Positions 29,264-40,654 are shown, counted from the whole stretch's first letter. The stretch is DNA of 63,991 bases, filler included, from an uncultured bacterium (GCA_964609495.1; 4 parts of 4 records of this genome joined end to end with filler, not necessarily neighbours in it); one strand, 5' to 3'. Program-made: numbers and translations. Notes: generated from the sequence alone by a model not told the origin.

Positions 29264-31078
29264 GTGGTGGCTTTAATCAGCAGTTATATACTAGCTTTTA
29301 TCATATCCCTCATCCTATCATCCCTCGGGTTAGCGATCTGGATGAGGACGAAAAAAGGGATTGATAACACCCCTTCATACAAGAACCAGAGGCAGAATAT
29401 CGGAATAGGAGAGTTGATATTCATCTCGGCTTTTCTATTCTCTATAGCTCTTACTGCTGGTGGCTATCGTATTATCACAGCTATAGCGATAGGGGGAGCT
29501 ATAATCTTACTCATAGGAGAGATCGAGGCTAGAAGGGGTTTAGCTTGGCAATTGAAACTCATAGGACAGATAGCCGCGGGGCTGATAGTAGCCAAAATGG
29601 GGATAAAGGTGGAGTTCATAACGAATCCCTACGATGGCTATTTCTATCTAGGATGGATGAGCTGGCCGATCACTATCGCTTGGCTAGTGCTTATAGTTAA
29701 TTCCGTCAGTTTAACCAATGAGATCAAGGGTATGACCTCGGGGATAGTAGCCATATCATCCCTAGCCTTCTCCTTCATCGCTTGGCAGCAGGAACAGACT
29801 ACCGCGGTTATTCTAGCCTTAGCTCTAGGGGGAGCGGCTTTAGCATTTTGGAGATATGATATAAGCTCGGATTCCAGCGAAATGAGATTAAGTAAAACTG
29901 CCTCTACTTTCCTCGGTCTTATATTGGGGATAATCGCCATCTCAGGAGTATTGAAGAGTGCGGCGACCTTTGCTTTGATCCTGCCCATCCTCGTCCTAGG
30001 AGTGCCCATCTTTGGAACTTCTTACGCTTTGGTTGCCAGCTATGCCAGGGGAGGATCTATATTCAGTGATAATCGCATATATCTCTACGGAAAACTGAGA
30101 GCTTCAGGTCTGAACGATAAGCAGATAGTTATAATTATGTATATAATCACTATTTACCTCTGTTTTTCCGCTCTTATCCTATCTCGCTGGGCTAGTGTTT
30201 ATGCCTTGGGTTTCTTAGGGAGCTTCGGAGCGGCTTTCCTTTGGAGCCTCCGAACGGGATTATTAACCCTTCCTAGAGCGATCTCCCAAGGATATTATTC
30301 TGAGCCTCTCTATCCGGAGAGAATTCAGCTTTTAGGAGTCAGAATTGATAGAATCAATACAACCGAAGCCTTAGAGAGAATAGAGAGCTTCATCACAGAA
30401 GGAACTCCTCATCTTGTAGTCACTCCAGATACCTTGGCTATAGTTCGCGCTCAAACCGATGAGGAGTATAGGAGAATAATTGCAACCGCAGATTTAGTGA
30501 CTCCCGATGGCTCTGGGATATTATGGGGAGCTAAGATGTTGGGGACTCCCCTTTTGGATAGAGTGACTGGGATAGATACTTTTACCAATCTATGTTCGAT
30601 AGCCTCAAAGAAGGGATACACCCTATTTCTATTAGGAGCTAGAGAAGAAGTGATAGCAAAAGCCGCGGCTAATTTGAGCGAGAGATATCCGGGGTTAAAG
30701 ATAGTAGGATATCATAATGGATATTTTCAAGGAGAGGAGGATAGAGTCATTCAAGAGATCAGGGAGAAGAAACCAGATATGCTCTTCGTAGGACTCGAGG
30801 CTCCCCACCAAGAGAAGTGGCTCAGTCGCAATCTCTCCAGATTACAAGTTCCAGTATGTATGGGAGTGGGCGGGAGTTTCGACGTCCTATCGGGAAATAT
30901 AAGGAGAGCACCTCGCTGGATGCAGAGGCACAGCTTAGAATGGCTATATAGACTCTACCTAGAGCCTCGCAAACGAGTTAAAAGGGCAATGCTTATCCCT
31001 AAATTTATGGTGATGGTGATGATGGCTAGGATGATTAGTAGAGGGAGATTAAAAGAAGATGATTACAATCGAGACTAA
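29264..31078 (+). CDS. Fusion of a degenerate MraY/WecA(TagO)-like membrane domain with a WecB/TagA/CpsF glycosyltransferase
   Basis: ~11 TM helices with WecA topology; C-terminal ADLVTPDG.G, RVTGID, GL..P.QE.W, GVGGSFD, RAP.WM...LEWLYRL..EP. Confidence 0.8.
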   Translation: MVALISSYILAFIISLILSSLGLAIWMRTKKGIDNTPSYKNQRQNIGIGELIFISAFLFSIALTAGGYRIITAIAIGGAIILLIGEIEARRGLAWQLKLIGQIAAGLIVAKMGIKVEFITNPYDGYFYLGWMSWPITIAWLVLIVNSVSLTNEIKGMTSGIVAISSLAFSFIAWQQEQTTAVILALALGGAALAFWRYDISSDSSEMRLSKTASTFLGLILGIIAISGVLKSAATFALILPILVLGVPIFGTSYALVASYARGGSIFSDNRIYLYGKLRASGLNDKQIVIIMYIITIYLCFSALILSRWASVYALGFLGSFGAAFLWSLRTGLLTLPRAISQGYYSEPLYPERIQLLGVRIDRINTTEALERIESFITEGTPHLVVTPDTLAIVRAQTDEEYRRIIATADLVTPDGSGILWGAKMLGTPLLDRVTGIDTFTNLCSIASKKGYTLFLLGAREEVIAKAAANLSERYPGLKIVGYHNGYFQGEEDRVIQEIREKKPDMLFVGLEAPHQEKWLSRNLSRLQVPVCMGVGGSFDVLSGNIRRAPRWMQRHSLEWLYRLYLEPRKRVKRAMLIPKFMVMVMMARMISRGRLKEDDYNRD

Positions 31079-31093
31079 CAAGGGAGAGGCACT

Positions 31094-31912
31094 GTGTTAG
31101 GGGTTGTTTTATTTATCCCTCTTTTGATTATAGCATCGCTCTTTTACTACGCAATTTATATAGAACCTAGAAGGATCGTAGTTACTAAACCGAGAATAAA
31201 ACTCTCCAATAAAGCAAAATCTTTATCGAATCTGAAGATAGTTCACCTCTCAGATCTACATATCACCAAGTTCGGTTTCAAAGAGAAGCAATGGCTTCAT
31301 CTACTTCGGGAGATAGAGCCAGATATAATCTTCATCACTGGAGACTTTATCAGCGGCCCACCAGGAGTAGAGGTATGCCTTTCGATTATGAAGCTTCTCA
31401 AAGCTAGATATGGTATCTGGGGAGTGCTGGGAAATAATGATAATAGGGCTTATGAGAAGCTGGATAGATCACCTGTAGATGATCTTAGAAGCGTTGGAGT
31501 TAATATCCTGCTTAATTCCGCTATTCGAATAGAGGTGGAGGAAGGTTCTTTTTGGATAATAGGAGTGGATGATCCTTACCAGGAGAGGGACGATCTGACG
31601 GAGGCAATGAGAGGGGTGCCTGAGGATGAATTTAAGCTACTACTAGCTCATTCTCCGGATATATTCGAGAAAGCCGTAAATCGTGATATAGATTTAATTT
31701 TAGCTGGGCATACCCATGGAGGACAGATAAGGCTCCCCGGCTTAAAAGCCCTCTATGTCCACTCCAGCAATAGTAGTTCTGGTTATGATGCTGGTCTCTT
31801 TAGCAAAGGGATCACCCTAATGTATGTGAACAGAGGAATAGGAACCAGTATCCTTCCGATGAGATTCCTCTCCCCTCCAGAGGTCGCCGAGCTAGAGATA
31901 GAATTAGAGTAG
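31094..31912 (+). CDS. Metallophosphoesterase (YkuE/YaeI-like)
   Basis: HLSDLH, ITGDF, LGNND, LAHSPD, AGHTHGGQ, VNRGIG. Confidence 0.85.
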   Translation: MLGVVLFIPLLIIASLFYYAIYIEPRRIVVTKPRIKLSNKAKSLSNLKIVHLSDLHITKFGFKEKQWLHLLREIEPDIIFITGDFISGPPGVEVCLSIMKLLKARYGIWGVLGNNDNRAYEKLDRSPVDDLRSVGVNILLNSAIRIEVEEGSFWIIGVDDPYQERDDLTEAMRGVPEDEFKLLLAHSPDIFEKAVNRDIDLILAGHTHGGQIRLPGLKALYVHSSNSSSGYDAGLFSKGITLMYVNRGIGTSILPMRFLSPPEVAELEIELE

Positions 31913-31935
31913 CTATTCCTATCCGAGAGGCTATA

Positions 31936-32796
31936 TTACTCCTCACCATCGCTTGTAGGGATGTGCTTCATAGGTATATCGAGCATCTTCTTAAAACTTT
32001 CGCTGTAAATCCCAGCGAACAAATCTATTCTCGGATTGATAAACGTCTCCAGAGGATCTATTTCTCGATTTGTGAAAATTACTGGAGCTTCTCTAATCAA
32101 CGTAAAGGGCATGCATTCTGCCGATTCTCCCATCACTAGAATAGCTGCTGAAGCCAGGGAATCTGCAACTGCCTTCTCGGTGATGCGCAGAGCTTTACCA
32201 AACAAATCTCTCTTTCCTACCTCACTCTCCACTCCCTCAAAACCACTATATGCTAAAGCCAATCCTGTAACACCTCTACGCAAGGGGTTACAATGAGAAT
32301 CGGTAACAACGACTCCCAGCTCCTCAACCTTATATTCCGATCTCAACTTCTCCCTGAAATCTCTAGCCCAATCCCATGAATTCTCTGGCCAAAGTATGGC
32401 ATATCCATCTGGGACGTTTGATATATCTATCCCTGCATTAGGGATGAAAATATTATCCTTCAAAGCTAAGTAGATGAACTCAGCCTCAAATAGTTTATCC
32501 GCTTCCCGCAAGATCAATTCGGCTAATCCAGGTTGGATATCGAAATCACTAGAGTGCTTAAGCTTCTTCATCTTTCTGGATTTAGCAGAAGGCTTGATCT
32601 CGGATAACTTCACGATCCTATCCTGTTCCAAAGCAACCACCTTTGAGGTTACACATATTATCTCCCTATCTCGTAATGGCTCATCAAGGGCATCTTTAAG
32701 AATCGCAAAAAGATCCTGCCCCTTCTCAATTATAGGCGTCTTAATAGCTGTAACCTGCATATCGAACCCCCTTCTTCGTTTCTCCTCCGATATCAC
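31936..32796 (-). CDS. CofE/F420-0:gamma-glutamyl ligase family protein
   Basis: VTSKVVA, PNAGID.SN, GVVVTDS...PLRRG.TG, DLFG..L..T, MGE..E..P. Confidence 0.75.
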   Translation of the reverse strand: MISEEKRRRGFDMQVTAIKTPIIEKGQDLFAILKDALDEPLRDREIICVTSKVVALEQDRIVKLSEIKPSAKSRKMKKLKHSSDFDIQPGLAELILREADKLFEAEFIYLALKDNIFIPNAGIDISNVPDGYAILWPENSWDWARDFREKLRSEYKVEELGVVVTDSHCNPLRRGVTGLALAYSGFEGVESEVGKRDLFGKALRITEKAVADSLASAAILVMGESAECMPFTLIREAPVIFTNREIDPLETFINPRIDLFAGIYSESFKKMLDIPMKHIPTSDGEE

Positions 32797-32893
32797 CCCT
32801 AGTAATCCTTATCTGTCTTAGCACATTATACAGCTATGGAAGCATGTAAACTTTGCGCTAGGTATAAATTAAACAATTTCCAAAGTTATAGAT

Positions 32894-32931
32894 AAAAAAC
32901 CAATCACTGCTGGAGATCAGTGATCGGTTCC
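32894..32931 (-). terminator. Intrinsic terminator after nrdJ
   Basis: AACCGATCACTG-loop-CAGTGATTGGTT followed by a T tract on the minus strand. Confidence 0.65.
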
Positions 32932-32974
32932 GTCATCAACTATATTATACCAGAAAATAGCAATAATATCAAAT

Positions 32975-35900
32975 CTATCCGCACCTCGAATATCCACAAG
33001 CTCTGCAGATAACACAACCTTCCACAAACTCGACCATATGGCCGCACTCAGGACATTCGGGACACATTCCCGAGGCATATCTAAATACCTCCTTCTTCTC
33101 CTCCTCACTTGAGGCATTTCCATCTTTGATATATCTCTCCAGGGCTTTACCAATAGCATCTGGACAGGAGAGAATAGCTCCTCCCTCCCTCCACAGTGGA
33201 GAGGGACATCTGATACCTTTTAATTGCTTGATAATGGCTTTCGTTTCCACTCCCGATCTCAAAGCTAGAGATATCAGACGACCGATTCCCTCGGATTGAG
33301 CGGCTAAACATCCCCCAGTCTTCCCCATTCGAGCAAAGACCTCACATAGCCCTTCTTCATCCTCATTAATAGTTATATAAAGCTTCCCACAACCAGTTCT
33401 TATTACCTGAGTTGTTCCCCTAGTCACCGCTGGTCTAGCTCTGGGGACCCGAACCTTTGGCTCCTCCTTTGTAGCGTCTTTAGTCCCCACATTCAAGACC
33501 TGAAAATCCCTACTACCATCTCGGTAAATAGTTATCCCCTTACATCCCGTCTCGTATGCCAGCCAGAATACCTTCTCCACATCCTCTTCCGTGGCTTTAT
33601 GTCTTAAGTTCACCGTCTTACTCACCGCATTATCAACATGCATCTGGAAAGCGGCTTGCATTCTAACGTGGTATTCGGGAGAGATATCATGAGCGGTCTT
33701 AAATACCTCCTTCACATCCTCAGGCACTTCCTCGATACCTTGCACCGATCCCACCTCGGCTATCTTCTCCATAAGGGCTTTGGAGTAAAAGCCTCTCTCT
33801 TTTGCGATCTTCTCGAACCATTTATTTACCACTAATAACTTCTCCGTAGAACCGCCCTTATTGAATAAGGTCTCCCTGACATAAGCTATTGAGAATAGAG
33901 GCTCGATTCCTCCAGAGCATCCAGCAATGATCCCGATAGTTCCCGTAGGGGCGATTGTCGTCCTCGCAGCATTTCGCATCTTCATCCCTTCGGGAACATC
34001 ATAGATGCTTCCCTTAAAGTTGAGAAAGACGCCGCGTTTGTCTGCTAATTCCGATGATCTCTTGGTAGCCTCAGAAGAAATAAACTCCATAGCTTTCTCA
34101 GCTAAGCTCAGAGCCTCTTCGGAGTCGTAAGGTATGCCTAATTGGATTAGCATATCAGCCCAGCCCATCACTCCTAATCCGATCTTGCGATTCCCTTTGG
34201 TCATCTCCTCTATCTTAGGCAGGGCATACTTATTTCTGTCTATAACATTATCGAGGAAATGAACAGCGATTCTCACCGTTTCTCTTAATTTTTCCCAATC
34301 TATTTGACCAGCGGTGATCATTCGAGAGAGGTTGATCGAGCCAAGATTGCACGATTCATAAGGTAGGAGGGGCTGCTCACCACAATTCTTAGTTATAACC
34401 CCACTAAAATTATGTTTATCTAACTTGGTTATATATGCAATAGTATGAAAATCATCTACAGTTGTGTTGAATACATCACATTCCTCAATTTCCTCAATGC
34501 TCTCAACAATCATAGCTTTGGGCTTGGTGAAATGAGATATACCATCCCTAAAAGCCATTAGCTCTGTATTTGGTTTTAATTCTAAAGTTATAATTTCATC
34601 TCCTTTAGGAGTGAGAAATTTATGATCTCCAGTTACTATAATGTAACCACCGTCATCCAAATTCACTTTGTATACTTTTGCCTTCTTCCTGGTAAGCCTA
34701 AAGTTCCTTGCCATCCTTATTCTTATATTCCCATCCTGGCGACTCCAGCAATACACAGGTGTATCTTCTCCCAACTCAGCAAGTTTTTTGATTTTAATAG
34801 GAACTGCCTTTCGTCCATCTGCTACAGCAATACGAGTATCTCCACTAACACAAGGATTAGTGCTTTCAATTGCCCCCAAATGTGGAGTAGGATTATACTT
34901 ATTAATTCTATCAATAAAGATTACCCCTGGGTCTCCATTCTTCCAAGCGTTCTTAATGATCGCCCCCCAAATCTCTTTAGCTTTCATCTTCTTAACAAGA
35001 AGATCGGTGCGGGGATTAATAAGCCCCCAATCCTCATCCTTATCAACTGCTCGCATAAAATCATCGGTAACTGCTACCGAGATATTGAAATTAACCATAG
35101 CTTGATTATCATTCTTACAAGTTATAAAATCCATTATATCTGGATGAGTAACGGATAATATTCCCATATTAGCTCCCATTCGCACCCCCCCTTGTGTGAT
35201 CTCCTGGGCAGTAGAGCTAAACACCCTCATAAACGATATCGGGCCTCCAGCCACATTTCCTGTGGAGCCTACCACATCCCCTCTAGGCCTTAGCTTGGAG
35301 AAGGAGTATCCCACTCCTCCCCCAGTTTTATGAATCAGGGCAGCCCACTTGATCGCATCAAAGATCTCCTCCAGAGAATCCCCTACTGGGATCACAAAAC
35401 ATCCCGATAATTGCTGTAATATTCTGCCCGCTCCTCTTAGAGTAGGGGAATTAGGGAGAAATTCCAAACTTGTCATCACTCTGTAGAAGGAATCCACGCT
35501 TTGCTGAACCTCTTCCTCGCTGGAGCCATATAACTTATCCGCGGAGGCTACATCTTTCGCCACTCTTCTAAACATAGTAGAGGGAAATTCAATAGGATTG
35601 CCTTCCTTATCCTTCCGTAAATATCTCTTTCGAAGGACGATAAGCGCATTATCGGAAAGTTCTATCTCATCATCCATCCCAGATTTACCGATAGCGGAGG
35701 CATAAGCTTCCGCGACCGATCTATAATCATTATCAAGCAGAACAGCTTCTATAAAGAGAGCGATCCCATTTCTATGGCTACTCTCTTTGAAGATCTCAGA
35801 AGATCGTCCTCCATCTCCCTCCTCCCAGCGAACGATGACCTGTTTAGCTAATTCCCTAGCGTAGGCTCTATCAAATTGTTGCTCAGCATCCCTAGCGGCT

Positions 35901-35986
35901 TTCAATATCGCTTCTGTGATATCCTCAAGAGCAGGAATATAATCTATTCCTCCATTTTCATTCTTACCAATTATGATATCAGTCAT
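32975..35986 (-). CDS. nrdJ: Class II (B12-dependent) ribonucleotide reductase with intein, C-terminal TSCPD domain and Zn ribbon
   Basis: FLPNSPTL, LSGCFV, GGGVG, NPC/GEQPL...SCNLGSINL, TIAPTGT, AVSKTVNL, KGITIYRDG, TGCG.LY, SCPDAI, CPEC...C..CGYS.C. Confidence 0.92.
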   Translation of the reverse strand: MTDIIIGKNENGGIDYIPALEDITEAILKAARDAEQQFDRAYARELAKQVIVRWEEGDGGRSSEIFKESSHRNGIALFIEAVLLDNDYRSVAEAYASAIGKSGMDDEIELSDNALIVLRKRYLRKDKEGNPIEFPSTMFRRVAKDVASADKLYGSSEEEVQQSVDSFYRVMTSLEFLPNSPTLRGAGRILQQLSGCFVIPVGDSLEEIFDAIKWAALIHKTGGGVGYSFSKLRPRGDVVGSTGNVAGGPISFMRVFSSTAQEITQGGVRMGANMGILSVTHPDIMDFITCKNDNQAMVNFNISVAVTDDFMRAVDKDEDWGLINPRTDLLVKKMKAKEIWGAIIKNAWKNGDPGVIFIDRINKYNPTPHLGAIESTNPCVSGDTRIAVADGRKAVPIKIKKLAELGEDTPVYCWSRQDGNIRIRMARNFRLTRKKAKVYKVNLDDGGYIIVTGDHKFLTPKGDEIITLELKPNTELMAFRDGISHFTKPKAMIVESIEEIEECDVFNTTVDDFHTIAYITKLDKHNFSGVITKNCGEQPLLPYESCNLGSINLSRMITAGQIDWEKLRETVRIAVHFLDNVIDRNKYALPKIEEMTKGNRKIGLGVMGWADMLIQLGIPYDSEEALSLAEKAMEFISSEATKRSSELADKRGVFLNFKGSIYDVPEGMKMRNAARTTIAPTGTIGIIAGCSGGIEPLFSIAYVRETLFNKGGSTEKLLVVNKWFEKIAKERGFYSKALMEKIAEVGSVQGIEEVPEDVKEVFKTAHDISPEYHVRMQAAFQMHVDNAVSKTVNLRHKATEEDVEKVFWLAYETGCKGITIYRDGSRDFQVLNVGTKDATKEEPKVRVPRARPAVTRGTTQVIRTGCGKLYITINEDEEGLCEVFARMGKTGGCLAAQSEGIGRLISLALRSGVETKAIIKQLKGIRCPSPLWREGGAILSCPDAIGKALERYIKDGNASSEEEKKEVFRYASGMCPECPECGHMVEFVEGCVICRACGYSRCG
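34385..34852 (-). mobile_element. Mini-intein (156 aa) in nrdJ
   Basis: Inserted at NP|CGEQ; begins CVSGDT, block B TGDHKF, block F DVFNTTVDDFH, ends KN with Cys as +1; no LAGLIDADG domain. Confidence 0.9.
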
Positions 35987-36267
35987 TTATAATTCCTCCC
36001 TTATGCTTTATAATCCGACTAAAATAGTAATATTTCTTTATCAAAAAATTGTTACTACTAAATACTTATCTGTGATAAGCCGAGATATAAGAAGTCTATA
36101 CTTTCGTAGATTTTTCAAAGATCTGCTATTAATGCGGATTTTTGGATAGGAGGTATGTATGATACAAATCCTACAAAAATCCGCTTGAAAATCGAATTTT
36201 CAGTTTAGCATCTTCAAAAAATGAGAAACTATAGTGAATATTCTAAGGTTGAATTCACTTCATATTG

Positions 36268-36538
36268 TTAGTTTCTCAACTTTTGAAGGATACTCCCAGT
36301 ATAGGACATCTTATTTAATTTTTTAACAATCTTAATTATTGTTTTTGGCAATGTCTCTTCAGATGATTCGCCATTATCGACTCTTCGTTTAAATCTGTTA
36401 GCAATAAACCTGTGTTTCAATGGCTTACCTGTAGAACCAAGTGCTTTCTTCGCCTGTTGCATAAGGTTTTCATAATCTACTAATTCGTCTTTCAAAGTTT
36501 CCTCTAATTTATATTCTAATATGGCATATCTATCTGAT
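36268..36538 (-). CDS. C-terminal fragment of a protein cut by the contig end (AT-rich; possibly an OLD-family nuclease tail)
   Basis: Frame stays open to the contig edge; LE..L....GKP...RF.A...LP..I..I pattern; family assignment is weak. Confidence 0.35.
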
Positions 36539-36638
36539 NNNNNNNNNNNNNNNNNNNNNNNNNNNNNNNNNNNNNNNNNNNNTTAATTAATTAANNNNNN
36601 NNNNNNNNNNNNNNNNNNNNNNNNNNNNNNNNNNNNNN
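36539..36638. other. Artificial contig linker
   Basis: N44-TTAATTAATTAA-N44. Confidence 0.97.
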
Positions 36639-37121
<483 letters not shown>

Positions 37122-37816
37122 AAGGAGTTAGCGAATGGAAGCATTCGTTAGGTCGGTAGCCGCTTTACCTGACTTCAGCACATTGTTGGACTTTCAAATG
37201 GTGATCTTTGACAAATGAATATAGTTTTGGGTAGTGCATCTTCGATAACAGATGATAGATAACGGTTACTCGAGGTCGTCAAGTTAGTAAGGGCATACGG
37301 TGGATGCCTTGGTGCTAGGAGTTGAGGAAGGGCGTGGCTAACGGCGATACGCCCTGGGGAGTTGTAAGCAAGCTTTGATCCAGGGATACCCGAATTGGGA
37401 AACCAGTTGCGATGAACTCGCAACATCGTGATCTGAACACATAGGATCACGAGAGGATACCAGGGGAATTGAAACATCTTAGTACCCTGAGGAAAGGAAA
37501 GCAAAAGCGATTCCCCCAGTAGTGGCGAGCGAAAAGGGATGAGCCTAAACCGATCTCACCTAAGAGCCTGTAGGCGTTGTGAGCTCGGGGTAGCGGGGCG
37601 TCACTGGGCTGGGCTACAGACCGGCCGAGGAGTTACAAATTCCCTTTTGATCCGAAAGGTATTGGAAAAGCCTACCATAGATGGCGATAGTCCAGTAGGA
37701 GTAGGAAGGGAACTCCTTGAGTGATGTTTCCCCAAGTACTACGGGGACCCACCCTGTAGGAATCCGGGAGAATCACCTCCTAAGGCTAAATACTACCTAG
37801 CAACCGATAGTGGAGA

Positions 37817-37847
<31 letters not shown>

Positions 37848-39150
37848 GGTTGAGGGGAGTGAAATAGTACCTGAAACCGTGTGCCTACAAGCAGTGGGAG
37901 CACTATACTGCAGCCTTTAAGGCCGCGGTAGTGTGACTGCGTGCCTGTTGAAGAATGAGCCGGCGAGTTACTAGGCGTAGCGTTAGGCTAAGCGGATTAC
38001 GCGTAACCAAAGCGAAAGCGAGTCTGAATAGGGCGACAAGTTGCGTCTAGTAGACCCGAAACCGAGTGAGCTATCCATGGCCAGGGTGAAGCGTGTGTGA
38101 CAACACGTGGAGGCCCGAACCCGTTAACGTTGAAATGTTATGGGATGAGCTGTGGATAGGAGTGAAAAGCTAAACGAACTCGGCGATAGCTGGTTCTCCC
38201 CGAAATAGCTTTAGGGCTAGCCTCGACTCGTAAGTTATGGAGGTAGAGCACTGATAGGGCTAGGGGCCTTACCAGGTTACTGAACTCTATCAAACTCCGA
38301 ATGCCATAACTTTTTAGGTCGGGAGTCAGACCGTGGGGGATAAGCCTCATAGTCAAAAGGGAAACAGCCCAAACCGTCAGCTAAGGTCCCTAAGTATAGG
38401 CTAAGTGGTAAAGGATGTGGAATTACTCAGACAACCAGGATGTTGGCTTAGAAGCAGCCATCATTGAAAGAGTGCGTAATAGCTCACTGGTCAAGCGGTT
38501 CCGCGCCGATAATTATCGGGGCTCAAGCCTATCACCGAAGCTACGGAAGTGGCCCAACCTCCGGGTTGTCCACTTGGTAGGGGAGCGTCCCATATTAGGT
38601 TGAAGGTAGACCGTAAGGACTACTGGACGAGATGGGAGTGAGAATGCCGGCATAAGTAGCGATAAGACGGGAGAGCAAACCCGTCCGCCTAAAGCCTAAG
38701 GTTTCCTGGGGAAGGTTAAACCGCCCAGGGTTAGTCGGTGCCTAAGCCGAGGACGAAAGTCGTAGGCGATGGATAACTGGTCAATATTCCAGTACCACCC
38801 TAGGATCGCTACCAGCGATGGGGTGACGCAGGAGGGCAGACCAGCGCGCGATTGGAAGTGCGCGTCTAAGCCAGTAGGAGGATCGCCCAGGCAAATCCAG
38901 GCGATCATAACTCTGAGAGGTTATAGAGAGCTCTTTTTTGAGCGAATTGGTTGATCCCACACTGACAAGAAAAGCCTCTAGTGAGATTTTAGGGTGACCG
39001 TACCGCAAACCAACACAGGTAGGCCGGGAGAGAATCCTCAGGCGCTCGAGAGAACCCTCGTTAAGGAACTCGGCAAAATGATCCCGTAACTTAGGGAGAA
39101 GGGATGCCCCATTAACGTGAACCGACTGGCTCGGGGAGCGAGAAGGGGTT

Positions 39151-39184
<34 letters not shown>

Positions 39185-39334
39185 ACACAGGTCTCTGCTA
39201 AGTCGTAAGACGATGTATAGGGGCTGACGCCTGCCCGGTGCTGGAAGGTTAAGGGGAGGGGTCAGTTCGGTCTTTTAGGCCGAGCGAAGCTCTGAACTGA
39301 AGCCCCAGTGAACGGCGGCTGTAACTATAACAGT

Positions 39335-40045
39335 AGTCTGGCTACGAGACGGCTGTTATAAAATTCGGCTATATGCTGGGAAATCTGAGTATCCCACACT
39401 ACCGAGGAGGTAAAAATGTGATGGGTGCAGATGATCAGCAGGAAAGACTGCCGAGTTGTCAGGATCATTTGGGGTGCTATATAGCAGGGTTTGTAGATGG
39501 AGAAGGAAGCTTTAGTGTATCACTCAAACCGCATCCAAATATGAGGCTTGGATGGGTGGTTGACCCGGTATTTCAAGTCTATCAACATAAGGATAGAGTT
39601 GGGATATTAAAGCTCATACAGAGTTATTTGGGATGTGGAAAGATTAAGCCTAAATCTCCAACGAGTAATACGATGGTGTATATCGTGGGTAACAGAAGAA
39701 CCCTACTAGAAAAGATAATACCCTTCTTTGAGAAATATAAGTTGATATCTTCAAAGTATGAAGATTACTTGAAATTCAAAGAGATCCTAGAGAGGATGAA
39801 AGAGAAGGAGCATTTGACGCTGGAAGGTTTGAAAGGGATAGTTTCTATAGCCTGTTCGATGAATAGTAATGGAAAACAGCGTAAATACTCTGAACAACTC
39901 GTCCTTGACTCTCTGGCAGAATCCTCAGAGACTATACGCCGGACATCTCAGATAGAGATGAAGATATAGTCCGATCTGCATGGCGACATGCAGAGCTAGG
40001 CAGAAATGATCTAGCCGCCCTTGAGAGAGGGTAGTAACAAAAATG
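39335..40045 (+). mobile_element. Group I intron at 23S position equivalent to E. coli U1923 (711 nt)
   Basis: Exons rejoin as GTAACTATAACAGT|CCTAAGGTAGCG; P1 exon TATAACAGT pairs with GCTGTTATA (39352-39360) with U-G at the splice site; P ATGCTGGGAAA, Q ATCAGCAGG, R CAGAGACTATA, S AAGATATAGTCC; terminal G at 40045. Confidence 0.93.
39418..39969 (+). CDS. Single-motif LAGLIDADG homing endonuclease (intron-encoded)
   Basis: YIAGFVDGEGSFSV, F.V.Q, L..I...LGCG.I, IIPFFEKY.L; GGAGGT SD at 39406-39411 favours GTG 39418 or ATG 39421 as start. Confidence 0.9.
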   Translation: MMGADDQQERLPSCQDHLGCYIAGFVDGEGSFSVSLKPHPNMRLGWVVDPVFQVYQHKDRVGILKLIQSYLGCGKIKPKSPTSNTMVYIVGNRRTLLEKIIPFFEKYKLISSKYEDYLKFKEILERMKEKEHLTLEGLKGIVSIACSMNSNGKQRKYSEQLVLDSLAESSETIRRTSQIEMKI

Positions 40046-40066
40046 CCTAAGGTAGCGAAATTCCTC

Positions 40067-40140
<74 letters not shown>

Positions 40141-40546
40141 TAATACTCGTGAAGATGCGAGTTACCCGCGACAGGACGGATAGACCCCGTGGAGCTTTAC
40201 TATAGCTTGATATTGAATTTTGGTGGAGCATGTGTAGCATAGGTGGGAGGCTGGGAAGGCGGATCGCCAGATTCGCTGGAGCCATCATTGAAATACCACT
40301 CTTGTTTTAGCGGAATCCTAACTTCGACCTGTGAAGCCAGGCGGAGAACAGTGTCAGGTGGGTAGTTTGACTGGGGTGGTCGCCTCCTAAAAGGTAACGG
40401 AGGCGTCCAAAGGTTCCCTCAGCGCGGTTGGCAATCGCGCCCCCAAGAGTATAAAGGCAGAAGGGAGCTTAACTGCGAGATAAACAAATCGAGCAGGTGC
40501 GAAAGCAGGGCTTAGTGACCCGACGGTTCCATGTGAGTGGGCCGGA

Positions 40547-40583
<37 letters not shown>

Positions 40584-40618
40584 AATCTTCCCCCGATAGT
40601 TCACATAGACGGGGAGGC

Positions 40619-40654
<36 letters not shown>

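Noticed and set aside
31420-31445. GNND instead of GNHD in the metallophosphoesterase
   Set aside because: Single substitution that could be ordinary family variation; other metal ligands are intact, so too weak to call
35990-36260. Cobalamin riboswitch or NrdR boxes upstream of nrdJ
   Set aside because: No B12-box or convincing NrdR consensus; only a terminator-like inverted repeat at ~36134-36184
37122-37277. tRNA in the 16S-23S spacer
   Set aside because: Spacer is short and has no cloverleaf or T-loop motif
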